From assembly GCA_963697165.1 (NCBI GenBank), contig CAVOMX010000012.1, forward strand, positions 128,001 through 192,000: DNA of 64,000 nt. The letters are read 5' to 3'. A program made the translations under genes and the position numbers. A model generated the notes under the pieces. That model saw only the letters and a list, made by a program, of their open reading frames with translations. It did no database searches and was not told the origin of the DNA. The stretch is from Candidatus Bathyarchaeota archaeon (GTDB taxonomy: Archaea > Thermoproteota > Bathyarchaeia > Bathyarchaeales > Bathyarchaeaceae). This document shows, in pieces, positions 1-10,351 of the stretch. The first letter of the stretch is position 1. Each line of letters starts with the position of its first letter.

Positions 1-2
1 AA

Positions 3-956
3 TCCAACAATCTGGCGATTAAAGGGGTTGCTTACCGTAATCGGGAGAAAGGCAACCATGTAATCACCACAGCAATCGAACACATCTCAGTGATAAACAT
101 CTGCAAGTATCTTCAGAAGCAGGGCTTCGAAGTAACCTATGTTCCCGTGGACAAACAGGGCGTGGTTGACCTCGAAAAACTCAAAGCCGCAATAAACAAC
201 AAAACATGCCTCATTTCAGTCCAGTATGCGAATGGCGAGATTGGAACAATTCAGCCGATAAGCGAGATTGGAAAGTTAGCCAAAGAAAAAAATGTCCTGT
301 TTCATGTGGATGCTGTGGCTGCGACAGGAAAGGTGCCCATTAACGTTGGAGAAGATAACATTGACCTTCTGTCCATTTCTTCAAATGACATGTATGGACC
401 CAAAGGCGTGGGAGCCCTTTACATAAAAAAGGGAACAAAAATTGTGCCAATCATTCAGGGCGGCGGTCAAGAGAATGGATTACGTTCAGGAACAGAAAAC
501 ATTCCGGGCATAGTCGGTATTGGAGCGGCAGCTGAGCTTGCACAAGCAGAGATGGAATCCGAGAGCAAACGCTTGATTGGATTGCGGGACAAACTGATTA
601 AGGGCGTTCTGGACACGATTGATCACTCTTTTTTGAATGGTCACCCAACAATGAGGCTTCCCAACAACGCTAACCTCAGGTTTAGTTATATAGAAGGCGA
701 GTCTCTCATTTTAGGTCTAGACATGAATGGAATTCAAGTATCCTCCGGCTCTGCATGCACATCAAAAACATTGGAGCCATCCCATGTGCTGTTGGCTATC
801 GGCTTAGCTCACGAGGAGGCTCATGGGTCTCTTGTATTTACCATGGGCAAACAGAACTCTGGGGAGGATGTGGATTACGTGATAGAAGTATTACCCGATG
901 TGGTGAAACGATTGCGGGCGCTTTCGCCCCTAACTCCGAAGGAAATCTTGAGGTGA
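3..956 (+). CDS. iscS: Cysteine desulfurase IscS/NifS family (5' end outside window); PLP-Lys position is Asp
   Basis: Frame open from position 3 (SNNLAIKG...TTAIEH); motifs NGEIGTIQP, HVDAV, GGGQE-G-RSGTEN, SSGSACTS; followed by iscU. Confidence 0.95.
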   Translation, partial: SNNLAIKGVAYRNREKGNHVITTAIEHISVINICKYLQKQGFEVTYVPVDKQGVVDLEKLKAAINNKTCLISVQYANGEIGTIQPISEIGKLAKEKNVLFHVDAVAATGKVPINVGEDNIDLLSISSNDMYGPKGVGALYIKKGTKIVPIIQGGGQENGLRSGTENIPGIVGIGAAAELAQAEMESESKRLIGLRDKLIKGVLDTIDHSFLNGHPTMRLPNNANLRFSYIEGESLILGLDMNGIQVSSGSACTSKTLEPSHVLLAIGLAHEEAHGSLVFTMGKQNSGEDVDYVIEVLPDVVKRLRALSPLTPKEILR

Positions 957-959
957 AAA

Positions 960-1346
960 ATGGGAATGTATAGCGAAAAGGTTATGGATCATTTCATGAA
1001 ACCCCGAAACGTAGGCGAGATTCCAGACGCGGACGGCGTTGGAACCGTCGGCAATCCCGTCTGCGGGGACCTCATGACTATGTACATCAAAGTGAAAGAC
1101 AACAAGCTGACGGATGTTAAGTTCAAGACTTTTGGTTGCGGAGCAGCCATTGCCACAAGCAGCATGACCACCGAGCTTGCAATCGGAAAAACTATTGAAG
1201 AAGCAATGAAGATTACTCGCGCTGAGGTAGCCGAGAACCTTGGAGGTCTTCCTCCCATCAAGATGCACTGCTCAAACCTAGCCGCAGACGCTCTACATGA
1301 AGCAATCAAAGATTACCAGAAGAAACAAAAAGAAGCAAAAAAATAG
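960..1346 (+). CDS. iscU: Fe-S cluster scaffold IscU/NifU
   Basis: YSEKVMDHF, GNPVCGD, FGCGAAIA, LPPIKMHC; three conserved Cys. Confidence 0.96.
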   Translation: MGMYSEKVMDHFMKPRNVGEIPDADGVGTVGNPVCGDLMTMYIKVKDNKLTDVKFKTFGCGAAIATSSMTTELAIGKTIEEAMKITRAEVAENLGGLPPIKMHCSNLAADALHEAIKDYQKKQKEAKK

Positions 1347-1535
1347 CCATTCTACTGATCACTGCCATAGTAGGAGACTAATAACAGAGCATTGTTGAAA
1401 ACAACCTTTTTTCTGTTTTTCGCACTTGGAGTTTACCAAAAAAACTCTTCAACAACTCTTTCTCAAACTAGGTCAATTCCCTACATTTGACAAGGCTTAT
1501 AGGAGAAATGGATCTTTAAGAAAAGAAGAGCGGGC

Positions 1536-2658
1536 ATGTCTTCAAAACTGATTGTGGTCAAGGTTGGAACTGGAAGCTTAACCAAGAGCAACGGAATTCT
1601 TGACATAGAATTGATGCGCAGACTGGTTGACCAAATAGCCGCGGCAATCAAGCAGGGAAACAAAATCGTTTTTGTAACTTCCGGAGCCGTAGCCGCTGGC
1701 ATAGCCGAGCTTGGCATACCCCCAAAACCAAACGACATCGTCTTCCAGCAGGTCTCAGCGGCAGCCGGACAGAGCATAATCATGTCCACATACCGCGAAC
1801 TTTTCGGGAAGCATGACCTGAAGGTTGCCCAAATCTTGCTCACCGCAGAGGACCTGTCTAACAGAGCCGCCTACCTGCATATCTGTGACGTCTTAGAACT
1901 GGTTCTGCAGTTAGGAATTGTTCCAATCATCAACGAGAACGACGTAACATCAACAGACGAGCTGGTTCCCGTAACAAAAGGTTACGAAGTGAACTTCAGC
2001 GACAACGATATCCTATCCGTTCTTGTGGCTAACGCCCTAGAAGCAGACATGGTCATTATCCTGTCTAACGTAGACGGCTTATACACGATGAACCCCAAAA
2101 AACAGGATGCAAAACTGATCAAAACAGTCGAAACAATCACACCCGAACTCAGATGCGAAATCGAAGGAAAGAGTAGGCTGGGTAGAGGCGGCATGAAAAC
2201 GAAACTTAAAGCCGCAGAAATCGCCACATCCAGCGGTGTGCCCTTGGTGATAGCTAACAGCAACAAAGAAAATGTAATCATTAACATACTTGCGGGAAAG
2301 CCGATAGGAACATTCTTCAAACCACAAGAGCGGTTGCCATCAATAAAACGGTGGATCGCTTATCGGCGCTTCAGTGAAGGGACAAATCTTTGTAAATGAG
2401 GGAGCTAAGAAGGCGATTTTGCAGGGCGCTAGCCTTCTTCCTGTGGGCGTGATTAAGATCACGGGAACATTCAATGAGGGCGACGTGGTTAGCTTGCTGG
2501 ATCAGGATGGTGTCGAGTTTGCGAAGGGCAACCCGAACTATAACAGCGGCGAAATCAGCATCATAAAAGGCTTAAAAACAAATCAGACAAAAAATGCTCT
2601 TGGGTACATACGTCACAAAGAGGTTGTCGCCCGAAAAAACATCTGCATAATGAAGTGA
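1536..2658 (+). CDS. proB: Glutamate 5-kinase with PUA domain (1-nt frameshift near 2364)
   Basis: VVKVGT, VTSGAV, INEND, FSDND, GGMKTK; PUA domain in ORF 2374-2658 (GASLLPVG); adjacent to proA. Confidence 0.93.
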
Positions 2659-2664
2659 AAAATT

Positions 2665-3906
2665 ATGATTTTAGAAATTTGCCAAAAAGCAAAAATTGCC
2701 TCGGCGCAGCTAGCCAAAGCATCCGCTGAACAAAGAAACAAGGCATTATGTAACATGGCTGACTCCCTTGAAAACTGCTGCATAACGATTTTGGAGGCAA
2801 ACATGAAGGATGTTGAAGCTGCAAGAGCCAAAGGCGTAAAAGAGGCGCTGATTGACCGGCTGATTCTGGATAAAAAACGTGTAAGCAGCATGGCATCCAA
2901 CCTGCGGGAGATAGCAAAGTTGCCTAATCCTGTTGGTGAAATCGTGAAAACATGGACCCGACCCAACGGCTTGATTATTGGGCAGATTCGTGTGCCGCTT
3001 GGTGTAATCGGAATAATCTACGAGTCCAGACCCGACGTTACGTCAGAAGCGTCTGGGCTGTGCATAAAATCTGGAAACGCGATAATCTTGAGGGGCGGCT
3101 CAGATGCCATAAACTCGAACATGGGAATAGGAGACGCACTACGTGTCGCACTGGAAGAGACAGGCTTAATGAAGGATATCATTCAGGTTGTTCCAGTGAC
3201 GGACAGAAGTTTTGCCGAGAAGCTAATGACAATGAGAGAGTATATTGATGTGCTGATTCCCCGTGGAGGAGCCAGCCTCATCAAAACAGTAGTAGAAAAA
3301 TCTACCATTCCTGTTATCGAGACAGGAACAGGAAACTGCCACATCTACGTTGAAGAAGACGCAGACCTAAACCGAGCCGTGGATATTGTAATCAATGCTA
3401 AATGTCAGAGACCCGGAACATGCAACGCTGCAGAAAAACTAATAGTCCACAAGAGCGTTGCAAGACAGTTTTTGCCAAAAGTGGTTTCAGCTCTTAACCT
3501 TAATGGAGTCGAAGTCAGAGCATGCAAAAAGACAATGGAGTTGCTTCCAAACTTGAAGCCAGCAGTTGAAGCAGACTGGGGAACAGAATATCTTGACCTG
3601 ATTATTGCCATAAAAATAGTCGAAAATTTAGACGAAGCAATCGTTCACATTAACAAGTATGGCACAAAACATTCTGAATCGGTCTTAACAGCAGATTTTA
3701 ATAAGGCACTAAAATTCATTAACGAAGTAGATGCCGCAGCAGTCTACTGGAACGCATCCACACGCTTCACGGACGGCAACCAGTTCGGACTAGGAGCAGA
3801 AATCGGAATCAGCACCCAGAAACTGCACGCAAGAGGACCAATGAGCGTCCAGCAGCTAACAACAACAAAATTCTTCATACTGGGTAGAGGACACATCAGG
3901 GAATAA
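2665..3906 (+). CDS. proA: Gamma-glutamyl phosphate reductase
   Basis: VPLGVIGIIYESRP, CNAAEKL, NASTRFTDG, GAEIGISTQKLHARGPM. Confidence 0.97.
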   Translation: MILEICQKAKIASAQLAKASAEQRNKALCNMADSLENCCITILEANMKDVEAARAKGVKEALIDRLILDKKRVSSMASNLREIAKLPNPVGEIVKTWTRPNGLIIGQIRVPLGVIGIIYESRPDVTSEASGLCIKSGNAIILRGGSDAINSNMGIGDALRVALEETGLMKDIIQVVPVTDRSFAEKLMTMREYIDVLIPRGGASLIKTVVEKSTIPVIETGTGNCHIYVEEDADLNRAVDIVINAKCQRPGTCNAAEKLIVHKSVARQFLPKVVSALNLNGVEVRACKKTMELLPNLKPAVEADWGTEYLDLIIAIKIVENLDEAIVHINKYGTKHSESVLTADFNKALKFINEVDAAAVYWNASTRFTDGNQFGLGAEIGISTQKLHARGPMSVQQLTTTKFFILGRGHIRE

Positions 3907-3930
3907 CCCCCTTTTGAAGTAGTGGATGTT

Positions 3931-4521
3931 CTAATCTTTATCACTGAATGCTTCCCATCCTTCTTTCAAAAAGAATGGAATCAAAAACAGGGCAGCTATT
4001 GGATCTGCCCACCACCATCCAAATAGAGCATTCAGTCCCAGACCAGCTAGGACAGTTAAGTCTTGAAGGTCACACATCAGACTTTCTACCGCTTCAGCTC
4101 GGAGAGCACGGGAACCTAAATATTTTGCCAACCTTGTCTTCCCAAGATATAAAACTATCATTACTAGTGCACTGGCTAAAACAAGGACTATTCCTACTGG
4201 ACTTTCTTGAGGCTCAACTAGAAAACCTGTCAAAGTAGCTAATGACTGGAAAGCCACAAAAGCAGCTAACAAGAAAAAGGTCGCACCTACTAATTTCAAA
4301 GCCCTGCCTTCAGCCTTCTCTTCCTCTTTGTCTTCTCGAAGATTCAATCTCCAAATCAAAACAGCCCCAGCAAAAATTTCTATTATACTATCCAATCCAA
4401 AAACAAAGAGAGCCACGCTGCTAGAAGTGAGGGCAGACCAAAGAGCTACCCCTGCCTCTAAGAAATTCCAAAGAAAGCCTATCCACACTAAGATCAGAGC
4501 TTTTCTCCGAAGAGCATTTTC
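3931..4521 (-). CDS. Cation-efflux-type transmembrane protein (TM domain only; start uncertain)
   Basis: About 6 hydrophobic segments; FGLDSIIE, SRALRAEA, WWWADPIAAL. Confidence 0.75.
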   Translation of the reverse strand, partial: ENALRRKALILVWIGFLWNFLEAGVALWSALTSSSVALFVFGLDSIIEIFAGAVLIWRLNLREDKEEEKAEGRALKLVGATFFLLAAFVAFQSLATLTGFLVEPQESPVGIVLVLASALVMIVLYLGKTRLAKYLGSRALRAEAVESLMCDLQDLTVLAGLGLNALFGWWWADPIAALFLIPFFLKEGWEAFSDKD

Positions 4522-5090
4522 CTAACTATGATTGCCAACAACGTTAAGATTGTGAATAATAGCAGAATAATCTCTGATGGAAATTCTGGTATTACATTCG
4601 TGGCAATAATATCTATCGTGTGAGTACTATGTTCGTATACTATGCTAAACAAATAATGAGTGCTATTATATGTTTCAGTATAGTCAACATTCTTGATTAA
4701 TAGTGTATCATCTTTGTAAATTGAAAATAGTCCTGAAAGTAATTCTGCTGGAATTGTAATATTACATACTCCAATTGTGTAAGTAGCTCCTTCAACATTG
4801 ATTCATTATTTACAATAGAATATTCGTCTATAACATTTGTAAACTTTAACCACAAATATTATTACGGTAAATACCTGATAAAACAACTGGGGGATTACAC
4901 AAATCCAATTCTGGGTTAGTAATTTTTAGTATTACTTATAGTCAGAAACACTACATTCTGAAATCTGTCACTAACCTTGTGACACACAACATCTTATCAA
5001 CCTAAAAAAAACTCAGTTCTGCATCAGGGGGAGACGTAAACAAAGCCACTCCCTAATCGGGTAAATAAAGGAATGATGGGAGGTGAAATA

Positions 5091-5438
5091 ATGAATAAGA
5101 AAATTCTAGTTATTACAGTTCTCCTATTGACTTTTGCTTTGATTTCAATTCCAGTAATGGGTGCACCAGCAACAATTAAAGAGGTTACAATGACAGCTGC
5201 GAATATACCAACTCCTGACGACCTACGGTGGGTAAGTCATGATACCATAAGACATGCAAGAGGCACAGGTACAGGTACAGGTGCAGTTACTCTAAATATA
5301 CCAGGACAAGATCCTCTAATTGGAGATTGGTATAGTGAATGGGCTAACGAGGGTAATTTTATTCAACCAAACGGATCACAACTTAGTTGTCGAATTAGAG
5401 ACCAGAAGCAAACGGAGACACTCTCAAATCAGATTTAA
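5091..5438 (+). CDS. Secreted hypothetical protein (possibly 3'-truncated)
   Basis: GGAGGTGA RBS; signal peptide MNKKILVITVLLLTFALISIPVMG. Confidence 0.6.
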   Translation: MNKKILVITVLLLTFALISIPVMGAPATIKEVTMTAANIPTPDDLRWVSHDTIRHARGTGTGTGAVTLNIPGQDPLIGDWYSEWANEGNFIQPNGSQLSCRIRDQKQTETLSNQI

Positions 5439-5462
5439 TAAAGGAAGAAGGGAGGTGAAATA

Positions 5463-5997
5463 ATGAATAAGAAAATTATGCTTATCAGCATTATGTTGTT
5501 AGTGTTGCTAACTATCTCTGCTATTCCAGCATATGCAGATCCAACAAAAGGACAAAAAACGGCAGTTACATTAGGCATGAAACGAACAACTGACCCGGAG
5601 GATATCGACGATCCTGTATCTACTGGTCCTGTAACCCATCAATATATACGTGTAAATTATGACGCTACTATTACATTTGAAGATGGTTCAACTCTTGTAG
5701 GAACACTCGTTACTGAAAGGAAGGTCGTCATAGTGCCGCAAAAGGAGGGAGAAAAAAGAATTTTCACAGACTACTATGTGTTTACGTTTGGAGATGGAGG
5801 CTTTGAAGGCAACGCTAAGGTAATCTTAGATGGCTGGATTACGGGAACACCGTCATCCTGGAAACAGTCGAGGGACCATGGAGTGTATACCAGGGTACTG
5901 GAGACTTTAAGGGGCAAACACTGAAGTTGGGCACATTTGAGGGAGCACCACCACTGACTAGCGGCTAGGATTTCTGGATTACTGGCCAAAACGGTAG
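5463..5997 (+). CDS. Secreted beta-rich hypothetical protein, paralog of 59898-60467 (frameshifted 3' part)
   Basis: RBS and signal peptide; VPQKEGEKRIFTDYY-FTFGDGGFEG shared with the paralog. Confidence 0.7.
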
Positions 5998-6353
5998 CCA
6001 CAAATGTAGAACCTTCAGTCTCAATAATCTCCTTTTTCCTTTTTTTCTAACCAGAAAACAGTAACGTTAGATTGCTCTATGAACAAAGTTGGATACTAGT
6101 CAAGTATAATCTCAATTTAGTAATAATTCACACCCGATTATGGGAACAACACATTTGGGATGAAAGGTCGGAATGAGGAATTTTATTTTGGTACCTTACA
6201 GTTCCCTATTATTTGATTGTGTTTAGTGAACTACCATACACTAGTTTTCTGTTAGATTATTTTAATTAAAAAAATTATTAAAAACATGGATGAACACAAT
6301 ACAAACAGCCTTTTGAATCAAGAAGTAAGTCTGTAAACCAGTTTCTGTCTAGC

Positions 6354-6642
6354 CTATTTTTTGCCGATGGCGTCGGTTAATAGTTCCATGGTTTTTTCGA
6401 TGTGGTCTTTCTGTTTGGCGCGGATGATTGGACTGAAGATTTTTTTGACATACATCCCGTAGATGAGGATTTCTCTTGGGTCAGTCTCAGAAAGCGCCTC
6501 AAGAAGCAAATTCAAAATCTTCTGTTTCGCCTCGCTACTTTGAATATTCTTCAAAACATCTGCAATATCGTTGACTGCGTCCTCTTTCTCAGGGCTACTT
6601 CTTGGGCTTGTAGCCTAACTCTTCAAGTTTCTTTAGAACCAT
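6354..6642 (-). CDS. Small hypothetical protein (probable frameshift near 6595)
   Basis: ATG just after the ferredoxin stop (MVLKKLEELGYKPKK) joins ORF 6354-6554 by one indel. Confidence 0.5.
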
Positions 6643-6649
6643 TATTTGC

Positions 6650-7171
6650 TCATCTCCAAGCTTCTGGAATCAACTTGTTAACTGTAGCTTTTCTTGCTTT
6701 CTGGTCAAACTCTTTTTGTGTCATAAGACTCAAAGCATTTTCTGGGCACCATTCAATACATTGAGGTATGCCCTCACACAGGTTACATATCATAACCGTC
6801 TTTTTGTCTTGATTCAAGAATATGGCGCCATGCTTACAGCTTTCAAGGCACCAGCCACACAGATCACATTTTGCATCATCAATCATAATTATGCCTGTTT
6901 CCTCAGACCGCGCCAAAGCATCCCGAGGACACGAACGAACACATGGAGCATCCTCGCAGAGCTTACAAGACACGGGCATGTTAACAAGCTGATGTAAACG
7001 TAAAACTTTGATTCTGGAAAGTTTAGGATCAAAAACTTTCTCATTTTCCAACGCACAAACAAGTTCACACACTCTGCAACCAGTGCACTTTTCAAAGTCT
7101 GCACCAATAAATTTCTTTTCATCCGTCACTTGCTCTGACACCACCATTCCGTCAACCTCTAAGGCAATCAC
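6650..7171 (-). CDS. 4Fe-4S multicluster electron-transfer protein (DmsB/HydN-like)
   Basis: CTGCRVCELVC, CKLCEDAPCVRSCP, CDLCGWCLESC, CNLCEGIPQCIEWCP. Confidence 0.9.
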   Translation of the reverse strand: MIALEVDGMVVSEQVTDEKKFIGADFEKCTGCRVCELVCALENEKVFDPKLSRIKVLRLHQLVNMPVSCKLCEDAPCVRSCPRDALARSEETGIIMIDDAKCDLCGWCLESCKHGAIFLNQDKKTVMICNLCEGIPQCIEWCPENALSLMTQKEFDQKARKATVNKLIPEAWR

Positions 7172-7397
7172 CTAAAAAGTTGTTGCATACTTATAGGTTT
7201 TCGTTTCCTCTTTTTCAATTAATGGTTATTTTTGTGTGCCTTAAAACTGTTTACGGCAACTTTGCTGAAACCTAAACGAGAGCTTGAAACAGAATTTTGT
7301 TTCATGTACCAAGAACAATGACAAAGAAGTTGATGTTTATTTCAACTTTTAACATTAGCTTCATAACTGTTATGTATTTTTTGTGGTATATTTAGTG

Positions 7398-7413
7398 ATG
7401 TCGCTGGTGACAT
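7398..7413. promoter_or_regulatory. Putative PadR operator ATGT-N8-ACAT (copy 2)
   Basis: ATGTCGCTGGTGACAT, near-identical to the site upstream of padR at 14767-14782. Confidence 0.55.
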
Positions 7414-7425
7414 AAAGGCTGATTG

Positions 7426-7547
7426 GTGAGCAAAACGAACAGGCGGGACTCCTACGTTTCCTAGTCATGAACATGCTAGCAACAGGAGAACCCCATCAGA
7501 TTTTCTATAAAAAACCGATAATACACAGCGCTCTAGAAAACCTGTGA
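7426..7547 (+). pseudogene. 5' remnant of a padR paralog
   Basis: 7446-7478 encodes GLLRFLVMNML versus GLLKFLVLKMI in PadR 14192-14752; similarity lost and stop soon after. Confidence 0.55.
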
Positions 7548-7789
7548 ACACTATATTGATAGCCACAATTTGGGAAAACAAATTTTACAAACGAGTTTTG
7601 AACGATGCTTGTTTCGGTTACTCCATGCTTCCTCTTCAACAATTTCTTTTTCACAAATCTTACATTTTCGACCATTCAAGGGATTTCGACCGGACTTTTT
7701 AATTCGTACCAACTTCCAAGGCATTTTGGGTCATCTCAATTTAAACTAAATATTATTCGTTAAAATCAATTCATGTTACATTAGTGAAT

Positions 7790-9605
7790 CTAGTTTTTAA
7801 TTTCTCCGTCTTCGATTTTGATCTTTGTTTGGGCATAGTTTGCAATATCTGGTTCGTGAGTGATTATTATAATTGTGGTTTTTGTTTCTTCATGAAATTT
7901 TTTGAGTAATCTCATTACTTGCTTTCCTGTTTCTGAATCTAGGTCTCCTGTGGGTTCGTCCGCAAATAATACTTTAGGTCGATTGGTTAATGCCCGGGCG
8001 ATAGCTACTCGTTGCATTTGCCCCCCACTTAGCTGGGCGGGATATTGTTTAGCCTGTTGTTTGATTCCAACACCATCAAGGAGGTCTTCAATTCTATTTT
8101 TCAGTTCTTTACTGAATCCTGCTAGATCAGCAGGCAGAGCAACGTTTTCTCTTGCATCATAGTGTGGCAATAAAGCATAGCTTTGAAAAATGAAACCCAT
8201 ATCTAACAGCCTAACTTTTGACTTTGCGTTGTCACTCATTTTGTGGATGTTCTTTCCTTTAAACAAAACAAAGCCATAATCGGTTTCATCTAAGCTGGCC
8301 ATACAATTTAACAAAGTGGTTTTTCCTGCTCCAGAATTACCTACAATTGCCACAAAGTCGCCTTCTTTAATATCAAGATCTATTCCTCTAAGAGCATATA
8401 CAGTGGTTTTTCCTAGTGTGTAATTTTTTGTTAGACCTCTAACTAGATATGATGTTTTCAGCGGAAGTTTGGATATCTTCGGATATGGAATCACTAAAAA
8501 TCTTATTTTGAAAAGTGAAGTATGGAAGATCTGAACCGAAAAAATCTAACCACATTTTCAGCAATTCAGCTTCGATAAAAAGATCTGAACTTAACTCAGC
8601 TAATGGTAACATGGCGAGTTTAAATTCTTCCATAGAGTTTACAGTTTTTACTCCGTATTTTGTTTCGTCCAGATAATCTCGAAGGCTAATTTGGCAGATG
8701 TCAAGTTTCTTTTGGACATCTTCTAGTAATCCTTTGCCTTGATTTATTTTCCATGCTACTTGTCTTAGTTTTGTATCAAAATTTTCGCAAATTTGTTTGA
8801 AGTCATGTTTTCCAAAGAAAAAGGATTTTGGTACCTGAAACAGATTTAGGATAGTTGAGATTGTTTTATCCATGTTTTGTAGAGCACTAAGTTTTGCTTG
8901 AAGAATTCTGAAAAACATTTCAAGTTTTTTTTGAGTTTTGGGGTCATTGATTCTGTGATGTCTTCCTTGGAGGCCTAAACTTAATCTTTCTAATACTTGA
9001 TTCATATTTCTTAAATTAGTTAATGTTGGATTTAGAAAAACTAAAAAGAAATTCATTAAAACTAGTTTGTCCGTCATTTCTTCAAAATCAATTATGTTTC
9101 CGTTAGATATTGTGAATTTTCGTGTTTTGCATCCTGAAAGTAGAATATGGGTTTCATTACTTTCGTTCAAATTCCAGATCATTGCCATACTGTTTTGTTG
9201 GATTTCAAAGTATTGATTTGGCAAATCTGACAACAATTTCTTTAGATTCAATTCGAAGGTTTTTGGGAGCTTTGGGTCAATTACTTTTAAGAATTCTTTA
9301 ACAATTTCAGAGGTTTCCTTAAGTTCTTGTTTTTCTTTTAGTAGTTTTTTCAGTTTTGTTTTGTTTTTTTTATAGTAGTCTTGGAGTATCGATGAGATGT
9401 TGTCTTCAATTTTTTCTAAAGTCTCTGTTTGCAGTGGTTTTTCGAGGTTTTTTTCAGCTCCTAAAAATAGGAATGTGTTGTGTTCTTTTTTGCTTATTTT
9501 TGATTTTTTGATTTTTTTCTTAAATTCTTTTTCAATTTTATCGGCTAATTGCGAGTTTTGTTTAGAGACAGACTTGTCTATTAAAGCCCCAAAATATGCT
9601 TTCAT
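7790..9605 (-). CDS. Probable fusion of a ~385-aa helical N-terminal domain to a LolD/MacB-type ABC ATPase (1-nt frameshift near 8445)
   Basis: ATPase motifs [20 protein letters not shown]; removing one base gives ...[13 protein letters not shown], a normal ATPase N-terminus. Confidence 0.65.
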
Positions 9606-10351
9606 TGTTTCTTTCCTCCAGACCTAATTAAGCCCTCTTCTATGTGTGAGACAACTCCATCGGTCATATGCACTATGTAATCGCATTTTTCTGCAATCCA
9701 TCTGTTGTGTGTTACAAGAACCAATGTTTGTTGATTAATTCTGTTTATTCGACGAAATAGATCCATAACTTCCGCACTTGTTGAAGAATCTAAATCTCCT
9801 GTCGGTTCATCTCCCAAAATTATGGCAGGCTGATTTATCAATGCCCTAGCTACAGCAACTCTTTGTTGTTGACCTCCAGATAGTTCTGTAGGCAGATGGT
9901 AAAGTCTGTCTCCCATTCCTAATTCTCGAAGTAACATTTTTGCTTGTTCTCTTGCTAAACCTGAGCGAACTCCACTTAGTAACAAAGGTGTTTCAACGTT
10001 TTCAACTGCTGTTAAGAATGGAAATAGGTTGAATAGTTGGAAAATGAATCCGATTTTATCTCGGCGAAATGCTGTCATTTGGCCGTCAGAAAGTGAAGAG
10101 GTGTCTACTCCGTCAATTATTATTGTACCTGAAGAGCGTTTATCAAGGTGACCTATCATGTTTAGAAGGGTTGTTTTTCCGCATCCAGAGGCACCCATAA
10201 TGGCCATCATGTCTCCTTTGTTTACTGTTAAATCTATTCCTTTTAGAGCGTGAACTTCGTTTGGTTTTCCTTCATTGTATTTTTTATGTAAATCTGAAAT
10301 TGAAAGGATAGACGTTTGGGATAACGTTTCTTTTTGGTTTATCTTTTTCAT
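9602..10351 (-). CDS. ABC transporter ATP-binding protein (LolD/MacB type)
   Basis: GASGCGKT, LSGGQQQR, GDEPTG, VTH. Confidence 0.95.
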   Translation of the reverse strand: MKKINQKETLSQTSILSISDLHKKYNEGKPNEVHALKGIDLTVNKGDMMAIMGASGCGKTTLLNMIGHLDKRSSGTIIIDGVDTSSLSDGQMTAFRRDKIGFIFQLFNLFPFLTAVENVETPLLLSGVRSGLAREQAKMLLRELGMGDRLYHLPTELSGGQQQRVAVARALINQPAIILGDEPTGDLDSSTSAEVMDLFRRINRINQQTLVLVTHNRWIAEKCDYIVHMTDGVVSHIEEGLIRSGGKKQ

